A DNA stretch of 64,000 nt. Origin: Candidatus Binatia bacterium. GTDB lineage: Bacteria > Desulfobacterota > Binatia > Bin18. Below the pieces are notes generated by a model. The model saw only the letters and a list, made by a program, of their open reading frames with translations, had not been told where the DNA came from and ran no database searches. The first letter of the stretch is position 1. Every line of letters begins with the position of its first letter. Of this stretch, positions 18,612 to 29,209 are shown one piece after another. The DNA is taken from positions 928,001 to 992,000 of the forward strand of contig OY761159.2 in NCBI GenBank assembly GCA_963664395.2, written 5' to 3'. The translations under genes were made by a program, and so were the position numbers.

Positions 18612-19514
18612 CTAGCCTTCCTTTTCGAGACGCTTGCGACTGGCGGCCAGACCGGCCTGCTGTTTCGCGGTCAGGGTCGGATAGTGCAGGTCCAGTTGCT
18701 CAAGCGCCTGCGCCAAGACCTGCGCCACGGCCAGACGCATATAGGGCTTGTTGTCCGCCGGAATCGCATACCACGGCGCCCAGGGTGTGGACGTCTTATT
18801 CAGACAGTCTTCGTAGGCCCGCATATACGTGTCCCAATACGCCCGCTCGGCCGTATCGGCCTCCGAGAACTTCCAGTTCTTTTTCTGTTTCTTCAGACGA
18901 TCCAGGAAGCGCCGGCGTTGTTCTTTCTTTGAGACGTTGAGCCAGAACTTGAGCACGATCGTGCCGCTCCGAACCAGGTGCTTCTCATAGTCCTGGATGG
19001 ACTCAAAACGGTCCTCCCACAGGCGGTCGTGATCCTTGGGCCAGGGCAGGTGCTGACGAGTCAGAAATTCGGGGTGGACCCGTGCGATCAGCACCTCTTC
19101 ATAATAGCTACGGTTAAAGATACCGATCCGCCCACGCTCAGGCAGGCGGAGCGTCGCCCGCCACAAGAAATCGTGGGCGTATTCCTCTACCGATGGTGCC
19201 TGAAACGAGAAGACCTGAAACCCGGCCGGGTTCAGCCCCCGCATGACAGCCCGAATCGTTGAGTCTTTGCCCGCGGCATCCATGGCCTGGAAGATGCACA
19301 GGACGGCATACTGGGTCTGGGCATATAAAACGCGCTGTCGCTCGTCGAGGCGAGCGGTCAACTGCTCAAGCTGCTCCCGACACTTTGCCGTATTTGGTGC
19401 ATTCTTTCCAGGGCCGGTCGGCGCGTCCTTCACCAGGAAGGTCCCGTCGCACGGCACCTGAAACGGGCTGCCGGGAGGCGTAAAAAACTGCGGGGGCTTG
19501 CGGTGGTTTGCCAT
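18612..19514 (-). CDS. ppk2: Polyphosphate kinase 2 family phosphotransferase
   Basis: QAMDAAGKD P-loop, FNRSYYE, APWYAIPADNK; start ATG 19514 inferred. Confidence 0.9.
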   Translation of the reverse strand: MANHRKPPQFFTPPGSPFQVPCDGTFLVKDAPTGPGKNAPNTAKCREQLEQLTARLDERQRVLYAQTQYAVLCIFQAMDAAGKDSTIRAVMRGLNPAGFQVFSFQAPSVEEYAHDFLWRATLRLPERGRIGIFNRSYYEEVLIARVHPEFLTRQHLPWPKDHDRLWEDRFESIQDYEKHLVRSGTIVLKFWLNVSKKEQRRRFLDRLKKQKKNWKFSEADTAERAYWDTYMRAYEDCLNKTSTPWAPWYAIPADNKPYMRLAVAQVLAQALEQLDLHYPTLTAKQQAGLAASRKRLEKEG

Positions 19515-19543
19515 ACGATTCAGATATCCCGTCTGCGTTCTCT

Positions 19544-20407
19544 CTATATTGACCTGACACTCGCAGTGGCAATCAGCACGACGGTCTCGTCCGGTTTTGC
19601 CAGCCACACGAAAGCGCCCGTCCGTTCCGGCTCTTCTTTTTCATCCTGGAGTGGTCCGGTCATGACGCCACGGGCAATGACGGTCTCATTGGGCCACACC
19701 GGGTTGGTAAACTTCATATCCAGTCGGCCACTCGTCCACCAGGCTGTCCCAAAGCGTTCTTCGAGAATATGGGCAGCATAGGCCATGGTCATCCGTCCAC
19801 CGATCACGACATCGCCGAACCCCAGTTTTTTCGATTCCTCACGGTTGGTGTGGTAGTTAGCGTCACCGTGAAAAAAACGGTCGCACATCTCCAGACTTAT
19901 GACACGCTCGAGCGGCCCAAACGGCTTGCCCTCCGGGACAACGAAGCGCCGTGCGCCCTGTTTGGCTTTGGGGTCGCGAAAGGTGAGTTGCCCATCCTGC
20001 TGATCGAGCAGATAGCTCTGGTGATGGCGCGTGCGGACGGCCAGTTCTCCCGAGTCGGCGCGCAGCTCGACCTCGTAACGTACCACCGAGCGATTGCGCT
20101 TCGGATAAATGTCCGTGATCTGTGCGGTTGCCGTATACGTCCGGCCCGGTGTCAGCGGCTCGAACAATTCCCACTCCTGGCGCATCCACAGATGACCGAA
20201 ATGATTGCTGAACGACGACTGCGCGAAATAGGCGTTGTCCGGTCCACTGGCAATCATGGAGGGGACCGCAACGGCCGGCGGGCACGGCAGGTTCAGACCG
20301 TCGTAGTAATCGTGTAAGACGGCTTCGGTGACCGTGAAGGGGACACTGCCGAGCTCTTTACCAACATAGGGCTCTTTCGGGTCGGGGGTCTGCCGGGTCA
20401 TATGCAT
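19544..20407 (-). CDS. Double hotdog-fold MaoC-like dehydratase
   Basis: GDANYH..KKLGFGDVVIGG, DMKFTNPVWPNE. Confidence 0.75.
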   Translation of the reverse strand: MHMTRQTPDPKEPYVGKELGSVPFTVTEAVLHDYYDGLNLPCPPAVAVPSMIASGPDNAYFAQSSFSNHFGHLWMRQEWELFEPLTPGRTYTATAQITDIYPKRNRSVVRYEVELRADSGELAVRTRHHQSYLLDQQDGQLTFRDPKAKQGARRFVVPEGKPFGPLERVISLEMCDRFFHGDANYHTNREESKKLGFGDVVIGGRMTMAYAAHILEERFGTAWWTSGRLDMKFTNPVWPNETVIARGVMTGPLQDEKEEPERTGAFVWLAKPDETVVLIATASVRSI

Positions 20408-20439
20408 CTCCTGAGAAAGATGGGAATTCCATTCTCTTG

Positions 20440-20904
20440 CTAGGCCGCCACCGAGAGCGTATCGTCCGGGTCTTCCACTTCCAATAGCTCAACAACATTG
20501 CCGTCGGGATCACGTCCGTATGTCGCCCGCAGCCCCTTGCCCGCTTTCTGCGGCGCGCAGTGGAACGTCATGCCCGCTGCCTTGAGTCGTTCGTATTCAC
20601 CGTCAATATCCTCCACTTGCAGACACAGATGGGTAATACCATGGTCGCATACCGGACGATTGGGGTCTCCAGGTTTGGGCGTCGGCGTGGCGTATTGAAA
20701 CAGCTCCACGCACGCGTTGCCGGCCTTGAGCATGACAACTTGTGATGAAGAATCTTTGAGTCCCACAATTTGATCAATTGATTTTGTCCCCGCTTTCCAA
20801 TCAAACGCAAAGACTTCTTCAAAACCGAGCAGGTCTTTATAGAAGCGCAGCGAGCGCTCGATGTCCCCAGTTGAGATAGCGGTGTGATGGATGCCTTTAA
20901 TCAT
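20440..20904 (-). CDS. VOC / glyoxalase family protein
   Basis: HHTAIS..FYKDLLGF, HLCLQVEDID, RDPDGNVVELLE. Confidence 0.9.
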   Translation of the reverse strand: MIKGIHHTAISTGDIERSLRFYKDLLGFEEVFAFDWKAGTKSIDQIVGLKDSSSQVVMLKAGNACVELFQYATPTPKPGDPNRPVCDHGITHLCLQVEDIDGEYERLKAAGMTFHCAPQKAGKGLRATYGRDPDGNVVELLEVEDPDDTLSVAA

Positions 20905-20963
20905 AGTCCCCCTCCTTCTGTGGTGTTATTATCCTTTTCTTTTTCACACCCGGATAGCGTACG

Positions 20964-21515
20964 CTAGTTTGCCGTATTTGGCTTGTCCAGTGAAAATTTT
21001 CCTTTCGTGAAAAACTTGGGCTGGAGGAGCCAGACGAGTTCTCCCCGGCCAAAGGTCACCGCATGCCAGCCGGGGACTTCCAGGTCGATACGGGCCAGCG
21101 CCGCGGTCGGAAAACGCAGATTGCCCCCGCCAATGAGAAAGCTCGCTAACTCCGACCAGGTCGGTTCATGACCAACGAATAAGGCCGTCGTGGCACTCTT
21201 GGGGAGGGAGCGTATTACTTCCAGCACTGAGGCAGCGTCGGTATTATACAGTGCAGCGGTTATTTCAATCGGGCACTTCCACTTGCCAGCCGTCCGGGCC
21301 ATCTCTGCCGTCGTCTTGGCCCGGACCGCCGAGGATGTCACAACACGGTCCGGTACTTGCCCGGAAGCAGCAAGAATCTGCCCCATTGCCCGTGCCGCTA
21401 AGACACCCCGCTTTGTCAGCGAGCGCGCATGATCCGCATGATCCGCATGATCATGCTCGGCAGCCGTGTCCCAATCAGACTTGGCATGCCGAAAAAGCAG
21501 GAGGTGTTTGGTCAT
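20964..21515 (-). CDS. sixA: SixA-like histidine phosphatase
   Basis: LFRHAKS, SSAVRAKTT, VGHEP; contains an in-frame 3x9-bp DHA expansion. Confidence 0.85.
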   Translation of the reverse strand: MTKHLLLFRHAKSDWDTAAEHDHADHADHARSLTKRGVLAARAMGQILAASGQVPDRVVTSSAVRAKTTAEMARTAGKWKCPIEITAALYNTDAASVLEVIRSLPKSATTALFVGHEPTWSELASFLIGGGNLRFPTAALARIDLEVPGWHAVTFGRGELVWLLQPKFFTKGKFSLDKPNTAN

Positions 21516-22234
21516 TGTTCAGCCACCGAAGCCGACTGCAACGCCGGGAGTGCGTCGGTTTTCACGTACAGCTCACAACCCTGAGTCGAGGTTGGCGTAT
21601 GCTTGCCCCCGGCAGGAATCCGCAGCCAGGTATGTTCCGCATAGACTCCATATTCATCCTCCCAACTCCCCTTGAGGACAAACAGCTCAACACCGCCGGC
21701 GTATGACCAGACGCCGGGAGCCGTACCGGCCTGCCATTGCTCTAGCTGGGTGTGATCTGGAAAGGCCAGGTCTGAATAGAGAATCTTCGTCCGAATCCCC
21801 TCATGCGCCGTGACCTGCCAATCCATGGCGTCGATAGACTGCACCACGTGCGACCGGCCCGAGCCACTATACTGCCGCAGCTTCACGAACAGCACACACC
21901 CGTCCCTGGAGAATGGGGCGTGTCGAAAACCTTCGGGATTGAGCAGATAGGTTCCGGCCGGCCAATCACCATGCTCATCAGAGAAGGTTCCCTCCAGCAC
22001 AAAGATTTCTTCTCCGTGCGGATGATCGTGAACGGGGAAGGTCGCGTTGGGTTCATAGCGCACGAGAGAAGTCACTTGTCCCGCCTCGGGCGGGCCAACC
22101 AGATGTAGCCGTTTACGCCAGACCGTACCGCTCGGGCTAGGCTGCCACGCCATTGTACACGTGTCGGCAACTGCACGTTGTGACAGGTCGCCGTGGATCG
22201 TCCGTATCCGAGAGTCTGAAGCGGGGTTTGTCAT
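21512..22234 (-). CDS. ChrR-like tandem cupin protein
   Basis: HDHPHGEEIFVLEGTFSDEHG, GVELFVLKGSW. Confidence 0.85.
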   Translation of the reverse strand: MTNPASDSRIRTIHGDLSQRAVADTCTMAWQPSPSGTVWRKRLHLVGPPEAGQVTSLVRYEPNATFPVHDHPHGEEIFVLEGTFSDEHGDWPAGTYLLNPEGFRHAPFSRDGCVLFVKLRQYSGSGRSHVVQSIDAMDWQVTAHEGIRTKILYSDLAFPDHTQLEQWQAGTAPGVWSYAGGVELFVLKGSWEDEYGVYAEHTWLRIPAGGKHTPTSTQGCELYVKTDALPALQSASVAEQ

Positions 22235-22235
22235 G

Positions 22236-22898
22236 TTAAAGGATGCCAACGGGTCCACCGTTAAGAGCAGCAGCCTGACGATAGGCCGGCCGGGCAGTCA
22301 GACGCCGGGTGTAGTCAATCAGCTCATGGGCTAAAGGGATTTTACAGTAGCGCGCCCACGTCAAACAGCTGGTCAGCAAGACATCCGCACAGGTAAAGGT
22401 CTCACCCAGTATATACGGTCCGCCGGAACGAAGGGCCTGCGTCACAACGGCAATCTGACGCGCAAAGCCTTCTTTTGCCGCTTGCACCGCATTCGGGGCC
22501 GCACCATACAGATGGGCCAGGTCAGCATGCCGGCGCAGGATGTACAAGGTGTGTGCATCAAGCTCGGTCATAATAAAAAAACACCACTGATCGTATAGTC
22601 CCCGCTGCGGTGTGCCCGAACGTGGGACCAACCCGGATTCCGGCCTATAGTTTTCAACCAGATAATTGATGATCGCGGCACTCTCGGCCAGGACAAGATC
22701 ACCATCCTGGAGAACGGGAATCTTGCCACGCGGGTTGAGCGCACGAAACTCATCTGTCTGGGTTTCTCCCGTCCGCGAGCCAATCAGGCACTTTTCATAG
22801 TCCAGCCCGAGTTCGTGCAACACCCAGTGCGGCCGGATGGTACGTGTCGTACCCGCGCCCCACAGGATGAGGCGCGGGGATTTCCGCGTATCGGTCAT
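22236..22898 (-). CDS. Glutathione S-transferase family protein
   Basis: LNPRGKIPVL, ESAAIINYL, GETFTCAD. Confidence 0.9.
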   Translation of the reverse strand: MTDTRKSPRLILWGAGTTRTIRPHWVLHELGLDYEKCLIGSRTGETQTDEFRALNPRGKIPVLQDGDLVLAESAAIINYLVENYRPESGLVPRSGTPQRGLYDQWCFFIMTELDAHTLYILRRHADLAHLYGAAPNAVQAAKEGFARQIAVVTQALRSGGPYILGETFTCADVLLTSCLTWARYCKIPLAHELIDYTRRLTARPAYRQAAALNGGPVGIL

Positions 22899-22958
22899 GC
22901 GCTTACTCCTCACCACAGCTCGGTCGTTGTCAGGTCCCTTGAGGACCCAGAGCAGGCA

Positions 22959-24404
22959 CTAGGCAGCCACATGCACTGACGGACGCTTGTCCGCCCACGG
23001 TTTTGCCTCTTCCAGCTGAGCGGCCAGCCGCAGCAGCCCGGCTTCATCTCCGAAATGACCGACAAACTGGACACCGACCGGCAGGCCGTCGGCACTCCAA
23101 TGCAACGGCAGTGAAATCGCCGGCTGGCCGGTTGTATTAAAAAGCGGGGTAAAGGATACATACGAGAAGACCTGGCGCGTCCACTCCATAGCCGTCATAC
23201 CGGCACGGTTCTGGTTCACTTCGCCATGCGGCACAGGCGGCTTGGCAATGGTTGGGGTGACAAGGACATCGATGTTTTCAAAGAAGCGCCCGACGATGCG
23301 AGACAAGCGTCCGCCATGGTCCAGGGCTTTCAGCAGATCAACCGCGGTATACTTCTTGCCGTCTTCCCAGCAGGCCAGCGTCACGGCTTCCAGCGTATCC
23401 GGGCTCGGCGAACGGCCCATTTCTTTGGCAAGGTCTTCAACCGCCATGGCATTATAGGCAGTCCAGATCACGTGAATGTTTTCAAGAAACTCCTCCCAAT
23501 CATATTCCGGTCGGCCTTCTTGAACCGTGTGGCCGAGTTCCTCCAGTACCCGCACAGTGTCATGAACCGCTTGCTCGCATTCCGGGTCAATCTTCTCGCC
23601 CGAGGCCGGAGTTGTGGTCCAGGCAATACGCAGCTTCCCCGGCGCTGCACCAGCTTCTTCACGGTAGGGGCGGGCTGGCGGGACCGGGAGGCCGGACGCG
23701 CCGGCATCGGCACCAGCCACAATGTCGAGCAAGGTCGCAGAGTCTCGTACACTACGCGAAACAACAAACTCACACGCCAATCCACACAGTGGGTCAGAAT
23801 AGTCGGGCCCGGTGGGCACCAGGTCGCGCGAGGGCTTGAGGCCAACCAGGCCATTACAAGAGGCGGGGATACGAATAGAGCCACCGCCATCGTTTGCATG
23901 CGCGACCGGGACAATGCCGGCGGCGACCGACGCACCGGACCCCCCACTCGATCCGCCGGCACTATGGCCGGCCTTCCACGGGTTGTGGACCGGGCCGAAC
24001 AGGACAGTCTCAGTTGTAGGGTTGTAACCCAGCTCGGGCGTTTGGGTTGTCCCGGTCAGTACGAACCCGGCCCGCCGAAAGCGCGCCATGAGCTCGGAAT
24101 CCTCGGAGGCAACATAGCCCTGCGCCAGCCGTGAGCCCATGTCGAGGCGTACGCCCTTGGCGTGCAGGACGAGTTCTTTGATCAGAAACGGCACACCGCT
24201 GAACGGACCTTGAGGCAGCCCGGCCTGAATCTCTGCCGTTGCCTGGTCTGACAAGACTTGGAGCACGGCGTTCAGTTGCGGGTTGACCTTTTCAATTGCC
24301 CGGACAGCAGTCGCTACAAGTTCTCCGGCGCTCACTTCTTTGCGTGCAACCAGATCGGCCAGCCCAAGACCGTCGTACTGTGCATATTCACTCAGGGACA
24401 GCAT
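22959..24404 (-). CDS. Amidase signature family protein
   Basis: [18 protein letters not shown]. Confidence 0.93.
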   Translation of the reverse strand: MLSLSEYAQYDGLGLADLVARKEVSAGELVATAVRAIEKVNPQLNAVLQVLSDQATAEIQAGLPQGPFSGVPFLIKELVLHAKGVRLDMGSRLAQGYVASEDSELMARFRRAGFVLTGTTQTPELGYNPTTETVLFGPVHNPWKAGHSAGGSSGGSGASVAAGIVPVAHANDGGGSIRIPASCNGLVGLKPSRDLVPTGPDYSDPLCGLACEFVVSRSVRDSATLLDIVAGADAGASGLPVPPARPYREEAGAAPGKLRIAWTTTPASGEKIDPECEQAVHDTVRVLEELGHTVQEGRPEYDWEEFLENIHVIWTAYNAMAVEDLAKEMGRSPSPDTLEAVTLACWEDGKKYTAVDLLKALDHGGRLSRIVGRFFENIDVLVTPTIAKPPVPHGEVNQNRAGMTAMEWTRQVFSYVSFTPLFNTTGQPAISLPLHWSADGLPVGVQFVGHFGDEAGLLRLAAQLEEAKPWADKRPSVHVAA

Positions 24405-24518
24405 AGCAGTATCCTCCTTATTTGATGTGAAATGTTGAGCCCTCTCTCCCTCACAGGGCGATTACTCTACCATGTTGCGCTCGAAATCGTCCACGCATAC
24501 CTATCCCACAGACGGGAG

Positions 24519-25658
24519 TTAATACAGCTCATACTTTGCCAAGCGTCCGTCCAGGCCGCCGTTGACGAGCGGTTTTTTCCACGCAGGTTTGAGACCGATA
24601 CGCTTCAGGTGCTGACGTTCTCCACAATAAATAAAAGCGGTCGAGCCCTGACAGCGTTGTTTCAGGAAGTCGCCCAGACGTGTATAGAAGTCGCCCAAAT
24701 TGGCCTTTTTGGCCATTCTGATGCCATACGGCGGATTACACACAATGACGGCATTGTCGATCCGATGAATCTGAAAGGCATCGCGCTGCTCGACCGTGAT
24801 GGCATGGGGAAAGGCAGCACAGTTGAACCTCGCGGCGTGGACGGCTTCGGGGTCAATATCACTGCCGGAGATGAGACCCTGAGGAGGAGAACGGAGCGCG
24901 GCTTGCCCGTCACGTTGCACCTGCTCCCAGAGTACGGCGTCGAAGTCGGGCAGAGATTGAAAACCAAACCGCTTGCGAAACAGCGCCGCCGGCATCCGTG
25001 AAGCATACATATAGGCTTCGCACAGCAATGTCCCGGAACCGCAGAACGGATCGTACAGCGGCCTCCGTCCATCCCATTCCGCATGGTGAATGATGGCCGC
25101 AGCCAGGGTTTCGAGCATGGGAGCCTGAACGCTTTTCTTTCGGTAGCCGCGTCGATGCAGAGAGCCCCCGGACGTATCGAGGCTGATCGTGGCCTCATTG
25201 TTATGGATGTACAGATTCAGCCAGACATCGGGCTCCTTCGTGTCTATGGACGGACGCACCCCGGTGGCAGCTCGGAAAGAGTCCGCCACTGCGTCTTTCA
25301 AACGTAAGGCGGCAAATTGTGAGTGCCGAATCGCACTATTGGCCACGGTTGCAAAAACGGCAAAGGTTTGGGTTGGGTCAAGAAAATCCTGCCATTCAAT
25401 CTCCATCGCCCTTTTGTACAGATACCGATCAGAGTGACAACTGAACGACGTGAGTGGAGCCAGCACGCGGGTAATCAGGCGCGCGTGAAAGTTAATGATG
25501 TAGAGCACTTTGGGTGATGCCGTAAAATAAATCCCCCGGTATGTCGGGCTGGTCTCTCGGGCTCCGAGCGTGTGGAGTTCTTTCTCGGCAATGTCCTTCG
25601 TGTCATCGGCGACTTGGGCAAAGTAGCGCTGCGTTTCTTGATAGCGGTACATGGGCAT
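24519..25658 (-). CDS. THUMP-domain RNA methyltransferase (RlmL N-terminal-like)
   Basis: SLHRRGYR, DPFCGSGT, NPPYG. Confidence 0.88.
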   Translation of the reverse strand: MPMYRYQETQRYFAQVADDTKDIAEKELHTLGARETSPTYRGIYFTASPKVLYIINFHARLITRVLAPLTSFSCHSDRYLYKRAMEIEWQDFLDPTQTFAVFATVANSAIRHSQFAALRLKDAVADSFRAATGVRPSIDTKEPDVWLNLYIHNNEATISLDTSGGSLHRRGYRKKSVQAPMLETLAAAIIHHAEWDGRRPLYDPFCGSGTLLCEAYMYASRMPAALFRKRFGFQSLPDFDAVLWEQVQRDGQAALRSPPQGLISGSDIDPEAVHAARFNCAAFPHAITVEQRDAFQIHRIDNAVIVCNPPYGIRMAKKANLGDFYTRLGDFLKQRCQGSTAFIYCGERQHLKRIGLKPAWKKPLVNGGLDGRLAKYELY

Positions 25659-25661
25659 TAT

Positions 25662-25815
25662 CTAGGTTGAGTACTCATCAGTTCGTCGCCAGAGGCGCCC
25701 GGTAGCAAGTTTGAGCATAGCCAAGCAGTTGGCGGCGTTTTTTTCATAGCGGGTGGCGAGGCGGCGAGAGTGTTTACGTTTGTTGAAGCACGGCTCAAGG
25801 AGGTGGCGCGGTAGG
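25662..25815 (-). mobile_element. IS5-family transposase C-terminal remnant
   Basis: Minus-strand RHLLEPCFNKRKHSRRLATRYEKNAANCLAMLKLA, ending at CTAG. Confidence 0.75.
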
Positions 25816-25870
25816 TCCAGGACGGGGTCAAGGGAGATCAACTTGTCACGAAGAACTGGTATCAGGATAT

Positions 25871-25900
25871 GTAGGTCGGATTAGCGTAGCGTAATCCGAC
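25871..25900 (+). repeat. GTAG-headed REP palindrome
   Basis: GTAG-GTCGGATTA-GCGTAGCG-TAATCCGAC; compensatory G-C to A-T change relative to the 10619 copy. Confidence 0.75.
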
Positions 25901-26007
25901 GGGCCTCGGTGTCCGACAGGGTACGGTAGACCTTGCCCATGAGTCAGACTGGCCGGGTTGCTCTCGCTGTCGATACAGATAACAAACTCACTCATCAGTA
26001 CATTGCA

Positions 26008-26046
26008 CCCCTCACCCTAGCCCTCTCCCCTGGAGGGGAGAGGGAG
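26008..26046 (+). repeat. CCCTCACCC/CCCTCTCCC hairpin repeat family
   Basis: CCCCTCACCCTAG-CCCTCTCCCC-TGGA-GGGGAGAGGG; related copies at 41342-41380 and 63493-63520. Confidence 0.7.
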
Positions 26047-26062
26047 CAGAAAATTCCCAACG

Positions 26063-28633
26063 CTACGCCGCCCGCTCAAAATGCTCACGCAGGTTCTCGG
26101 CCTCGCGTTGCTGACAGGCAACCGCAACGTGCAGTTTTTCCAGGTGTTGAGCCATCATCTTGCCGGCCTGTGGCACAGGATGGTCGGCGAAGAAGGCGTT
26201 GACCTGGGCCTCAAGCTCGGGCGTGACGAGCGCGCTGATCCCCTCGCACATACGGACGATGGACACTTCCGGGAATTTCTCCAGCATCTCGTCCCAGCGG
26301 TCCTGGAAGAAATGCCAGGCCAGCTCGCGGCCCTCGGTGTTCATCAACAGCGACCGCATGAGGTAGGGCGCGTTCTGGGTGCGGACATCACCGTTGAGCG
26401 TCATGTCCAGGGTCCGGGCCAGCAGGTCGGGTTGACGGAAGCCGGCCAACGCGAACTGATAGCGTTGCTCTTCCTGCGGTGTTGCGGCGTTGTGCGAAAT
26501 ATGACGAAATTCATCATACACCGCCGCGTCGCCCGTATGGGCAAGAATCGACACCAGCGCGGGAACCAGATTCCGGTCTACGGCGTTCCGATCGGCCCGA
26601 TACTGGGTATAGAGCGCGTGCGCCTGTGCTTGGGTGGCCGTGTCGGCTCCAAGGGTGCCCAGCGCGCTCAGCAGTTCTCCCCTAAGCTGGCCGATAAGGG
26701 CATCTTCCTCACCTTTTGGAGACCAGCCCAACTGCTGGGTGAGCGGGGTGAGCAGCTCGCGGACATGACGCTGCAAGGCCGGACGCTGTTCCGGGCTGAG
26801 CAGGCGGTAGAGATAATGACACGAACCGAGAATGGCGGCCCACACATTGTGGTCCGGCTCTTCACGGAATACGGGCAGAAGGTCGAGATAGGTGGACAGC
26901 GGCGTCAGACCGGCCTGCGCGGTCGCCCAGGTATCGTTAAGCAGGTTGAAGCGCTCTATCGGAGAGAGCTGGGTGTGCATATTCGCGGTGAGCTGGCCGA
27001 GCAGGTCCGGCGCGTACCGGACCCGATAAAAGCCATGCCCGCCCGCGTTGACGACGACCCAGTCCGGCCTCTCTGAGAGGGGCAGGCGCAGTTCTCCAGT
27101 AGTCAGCAGGGCAGTCCGGGTCTCGGTTTCTGCGGCTCTTTTGGTTTTAATAAAAATCGGGGCCTGCCAGCGTTTGTCTTCGGTCCGGCCGTTTCCGTTT
27201 TGCACGTAGTGAAACGGCTGCTGAGAAATAACGAGTTCAGAGCCGTCTACAGCAACGGAAATTAAGGGATAGCCGGCCTGGAAGACCCAGCTATCCATCA
27301 TGGACCGGACCGGCTGGTGAGTCGCTTCTTCTATTGCATCCCACAGGTCGGTTGTTTCCGCGTTGGCGTATTCGTGTTTCCCGAGATAATGACTGACGCC
27401 TTTCTGAAAGGCGTGGGGGCCGAGGTATTGCTCCAGCATGCGCAGGATGGCCGCGCCTTTCTCATAGGTCAGAATATCGAACATGCCGGCGGCTTCGTCC
27501 GGGTGTTTGACCGGGAACTCGATGGGGCGGGAGCTGTGCAGTCCGTCCACCTGAAGCGCCGCGGCCCGCGAGACGGCAAAACTGGTCCAGCGCCGCCATT
27601 CGGGTTTCCAAGCATCTACGGCCATCATTTCCATGAAAGTGGCAAACGCCTCGTTGAGCCACAGGCCGTTCCACCAGCGCATAGTCACCAGATCGCCAAA
27701 CCACATATGCGCGTTTTCATGCGAGACAACATCTGCAACGCGTTCCAACTCACTCCGGGCAGCCGAATTTTCATCGATGAGCAGAGCGGTTTCACGAAAC
27801 GTAATGGCTCCGAAGTTCTCCATAGCCCCGGCCGCGAAATCCGGGATTGCAATGAGATCGAGCTTGTCGCCGGGATAGGGACGGCCGTAGTAGTCGCTGA
27901 AGAATTGCAGCGACGCGGCGCCGATGGCCTGCCCGAATGTGGTGAGGTGCTGCTTGCCCGGTACGGCCCACACGCGGAGTGGTGTGCCATCAATATAAAC
28001 GGGTTCGCTCGCTTCAAATTCACCCACGATGAAGGCCACCAAATAGGTTGACATCTTTATCGTGTCGGCAAAAACGACCGCTTTCCTGTCAGTCCCAGGG
28101 AGCGGATTTTCGCTCACAACGGCCGTATTTGAGATTGCAGTCAGCCCCTCGTCAATCACCAGCGTCGCCTGAAAGACGGCTTTGGCTGCGGGCTCATCCC
28201 AACACGGAAATGCCCGCCGGGCGTCGGTTGACTCAAATTGGGTTGCCGCGAGTACGGTGTCCTGACCCTCTGCATCCGTATAGGTGCTGCGGTAAAAACC
28301 GCGCAACTTGTCGTTGAGGATGCCTTCAAAAGCAATCCGTAAGGCATAGCTGCCGGGGCTGATGGCCTGCGGGAAATGGAGCACCGCCCGCTCGTTTGGT
28401 TCGTCGAGGGTCGCGCTGCCCGGTCGGGTTTTGCCTGTTTCATCAGTGAGCGAAACCTGCTGAATCGTCAGCTCGCAGGCGTTCAGTACGAGTGTGTGGG
28501 TCGCCTCATGAACGGTGAGGGTGACCGTTTCCTCACCCGTGAAAGTGAAGTGGGTGAGATCAGGAGTCAGGCGAATAACGTACCGTTCGGGAGTCGCGGT
28601 TTCCGGTAGCTTATATGACGGCGTGTCTGGCAT
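26063..28633 (-). CDS. M1 family aminopeptidase (PepN / puromycin-sensitive-like)
   Basis: GAMEN, HENAH..WLNE zinc motif, YEKG. Confidence 0.95.
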   Translation of the reverse strand: MPDTPSYKLPETATPERYVIRLTPDLTHFTFTGEETVTLTVHEATHTLVLNACELTIQQVSLTDETGKTRPGSATLDEPNERAVLHFPQAISPGSYALRIAFEGILNDKLRGFYRSTYTDAEGQDTVLAATQFESTDARRAFPCWDEPAAKAVFQATLVIDEGLTAISNTAVVSENPLPGTDRKAVVFADTIKMSTYLVAFIVGEFEASEPVYIDGTPLRVWAVPGKQHLTTFGQAIGAASLQFFSDYYGRPYPGDKLDLIAIPDFAAGAMENFGAITFRETALLIDENSAARSELERVADVVSHENAHMWFGDLVTMRWWNGLWLNEAFATFMEMMAVDAWKPEWRRWTSFAVSRAAALQVDGLHSSRPIEFPVKHPDEAAGMFDILTYEKGAAILRMLEQYLGPHAFQKGVSHYLGKHEYANAETTDLWDAIEEATHQPVRSMMDSWVFQAGYPLISVAVDGSELVISQQPFHYVQNGNGRTEDKRWQAPIFIKTKRAAETETRTALLTTGELRLPLSERPDWVVVNAGGHGFYRVRYAPDLLGQLTANMHTQLSPIERFNLLNDTWATAQAGLTPLSTYLDLLPVFREEPDHNVWAAILGSCHYLYRLLSPEQRPALQRHVRELLTPLTQQLGWSPKGEEDALIGQLRGELLSALGTLGADTATQAQAHALYTQYRADRNAVDRNLVPALVSILAHTGDAAVYDEFRHISHNAATPQEEQRYQFALAGFRQPDLLARTLDMTLNGDVRTQNAPYLMRSLLMNTEGRELAWHFFQDRWDEMLEKFPEVSIVRMCEGISALVTPELEAQVNAFFADHPVPQAGKMMAQHLEKLHVAVACQQREAENLREHFERAA

Positions 28634-28863
28634 ACTGCCTCCGTAGAGAAATAAATTACAGCTGTATCATTTGGTAGTATTTGAGGACTGTGCGAATAGG
28701 GATACCAGAAGCGCTTCGTCCTTGGCAATTGGTGCAAGCAGAGCAGGAGGACGCTGAGGCCCGGTATTGGATACGGATATGAGGTTTTGGCGGGTGCCTG
28801 CTTGTACCGGGCCCCTGATCGCGGTATTGAAACACAGGAGCAGATGCAGAGTACGAGGGTGTT

Positions 28864-29187
28864 ATGCGAGACCAGAATGATCGTGACACGGATCTCGACC
28901 ACGGCGTAGTGACCGAAACCGAGAAAAAGCTCAAGAAGCCACCGCTCTACAAGGTCTTGTTGCATAACGATGATTACACGACCATGGAGTTTGTGGTGTA
29001 CATCCTCCAGACCGTCTTTCGTCACGATGCGACCAAGGCCACTCAGATTATGCTACACGTCCACCGCCAGGGGGCTGGCGTGGCGGGTGTCTATACCTAT
29101 GAGGTGGCGGAAGCGAAAGTCTCCCGCGTGGAGAGTTTAGCCAAGAAACACGAATTTCCCTTAAAGTGCAGTATGGAAGAAGCCTAG
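28864..29187 (+). CDS. clpS: ATP-dependent Clp protease adaptor ClpS
   Basis: YKVLLHNDDYTTMEFVV; immediately upstream of clpA. Confidence 0.96.
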   Translation: MRDQNDRDTDLDHGVVTETEKKLKKPPLYKVLLHNDDYTTMEFVVYILQTVFRHDATKATQIMLHVHRQGAGVAGVYTYEVAEAKVSRVESLAKKHEFPLKCSMEEA

Positions 29188-29209
29188 CGAGCGGTCGGGA
29201 GTCCTTACC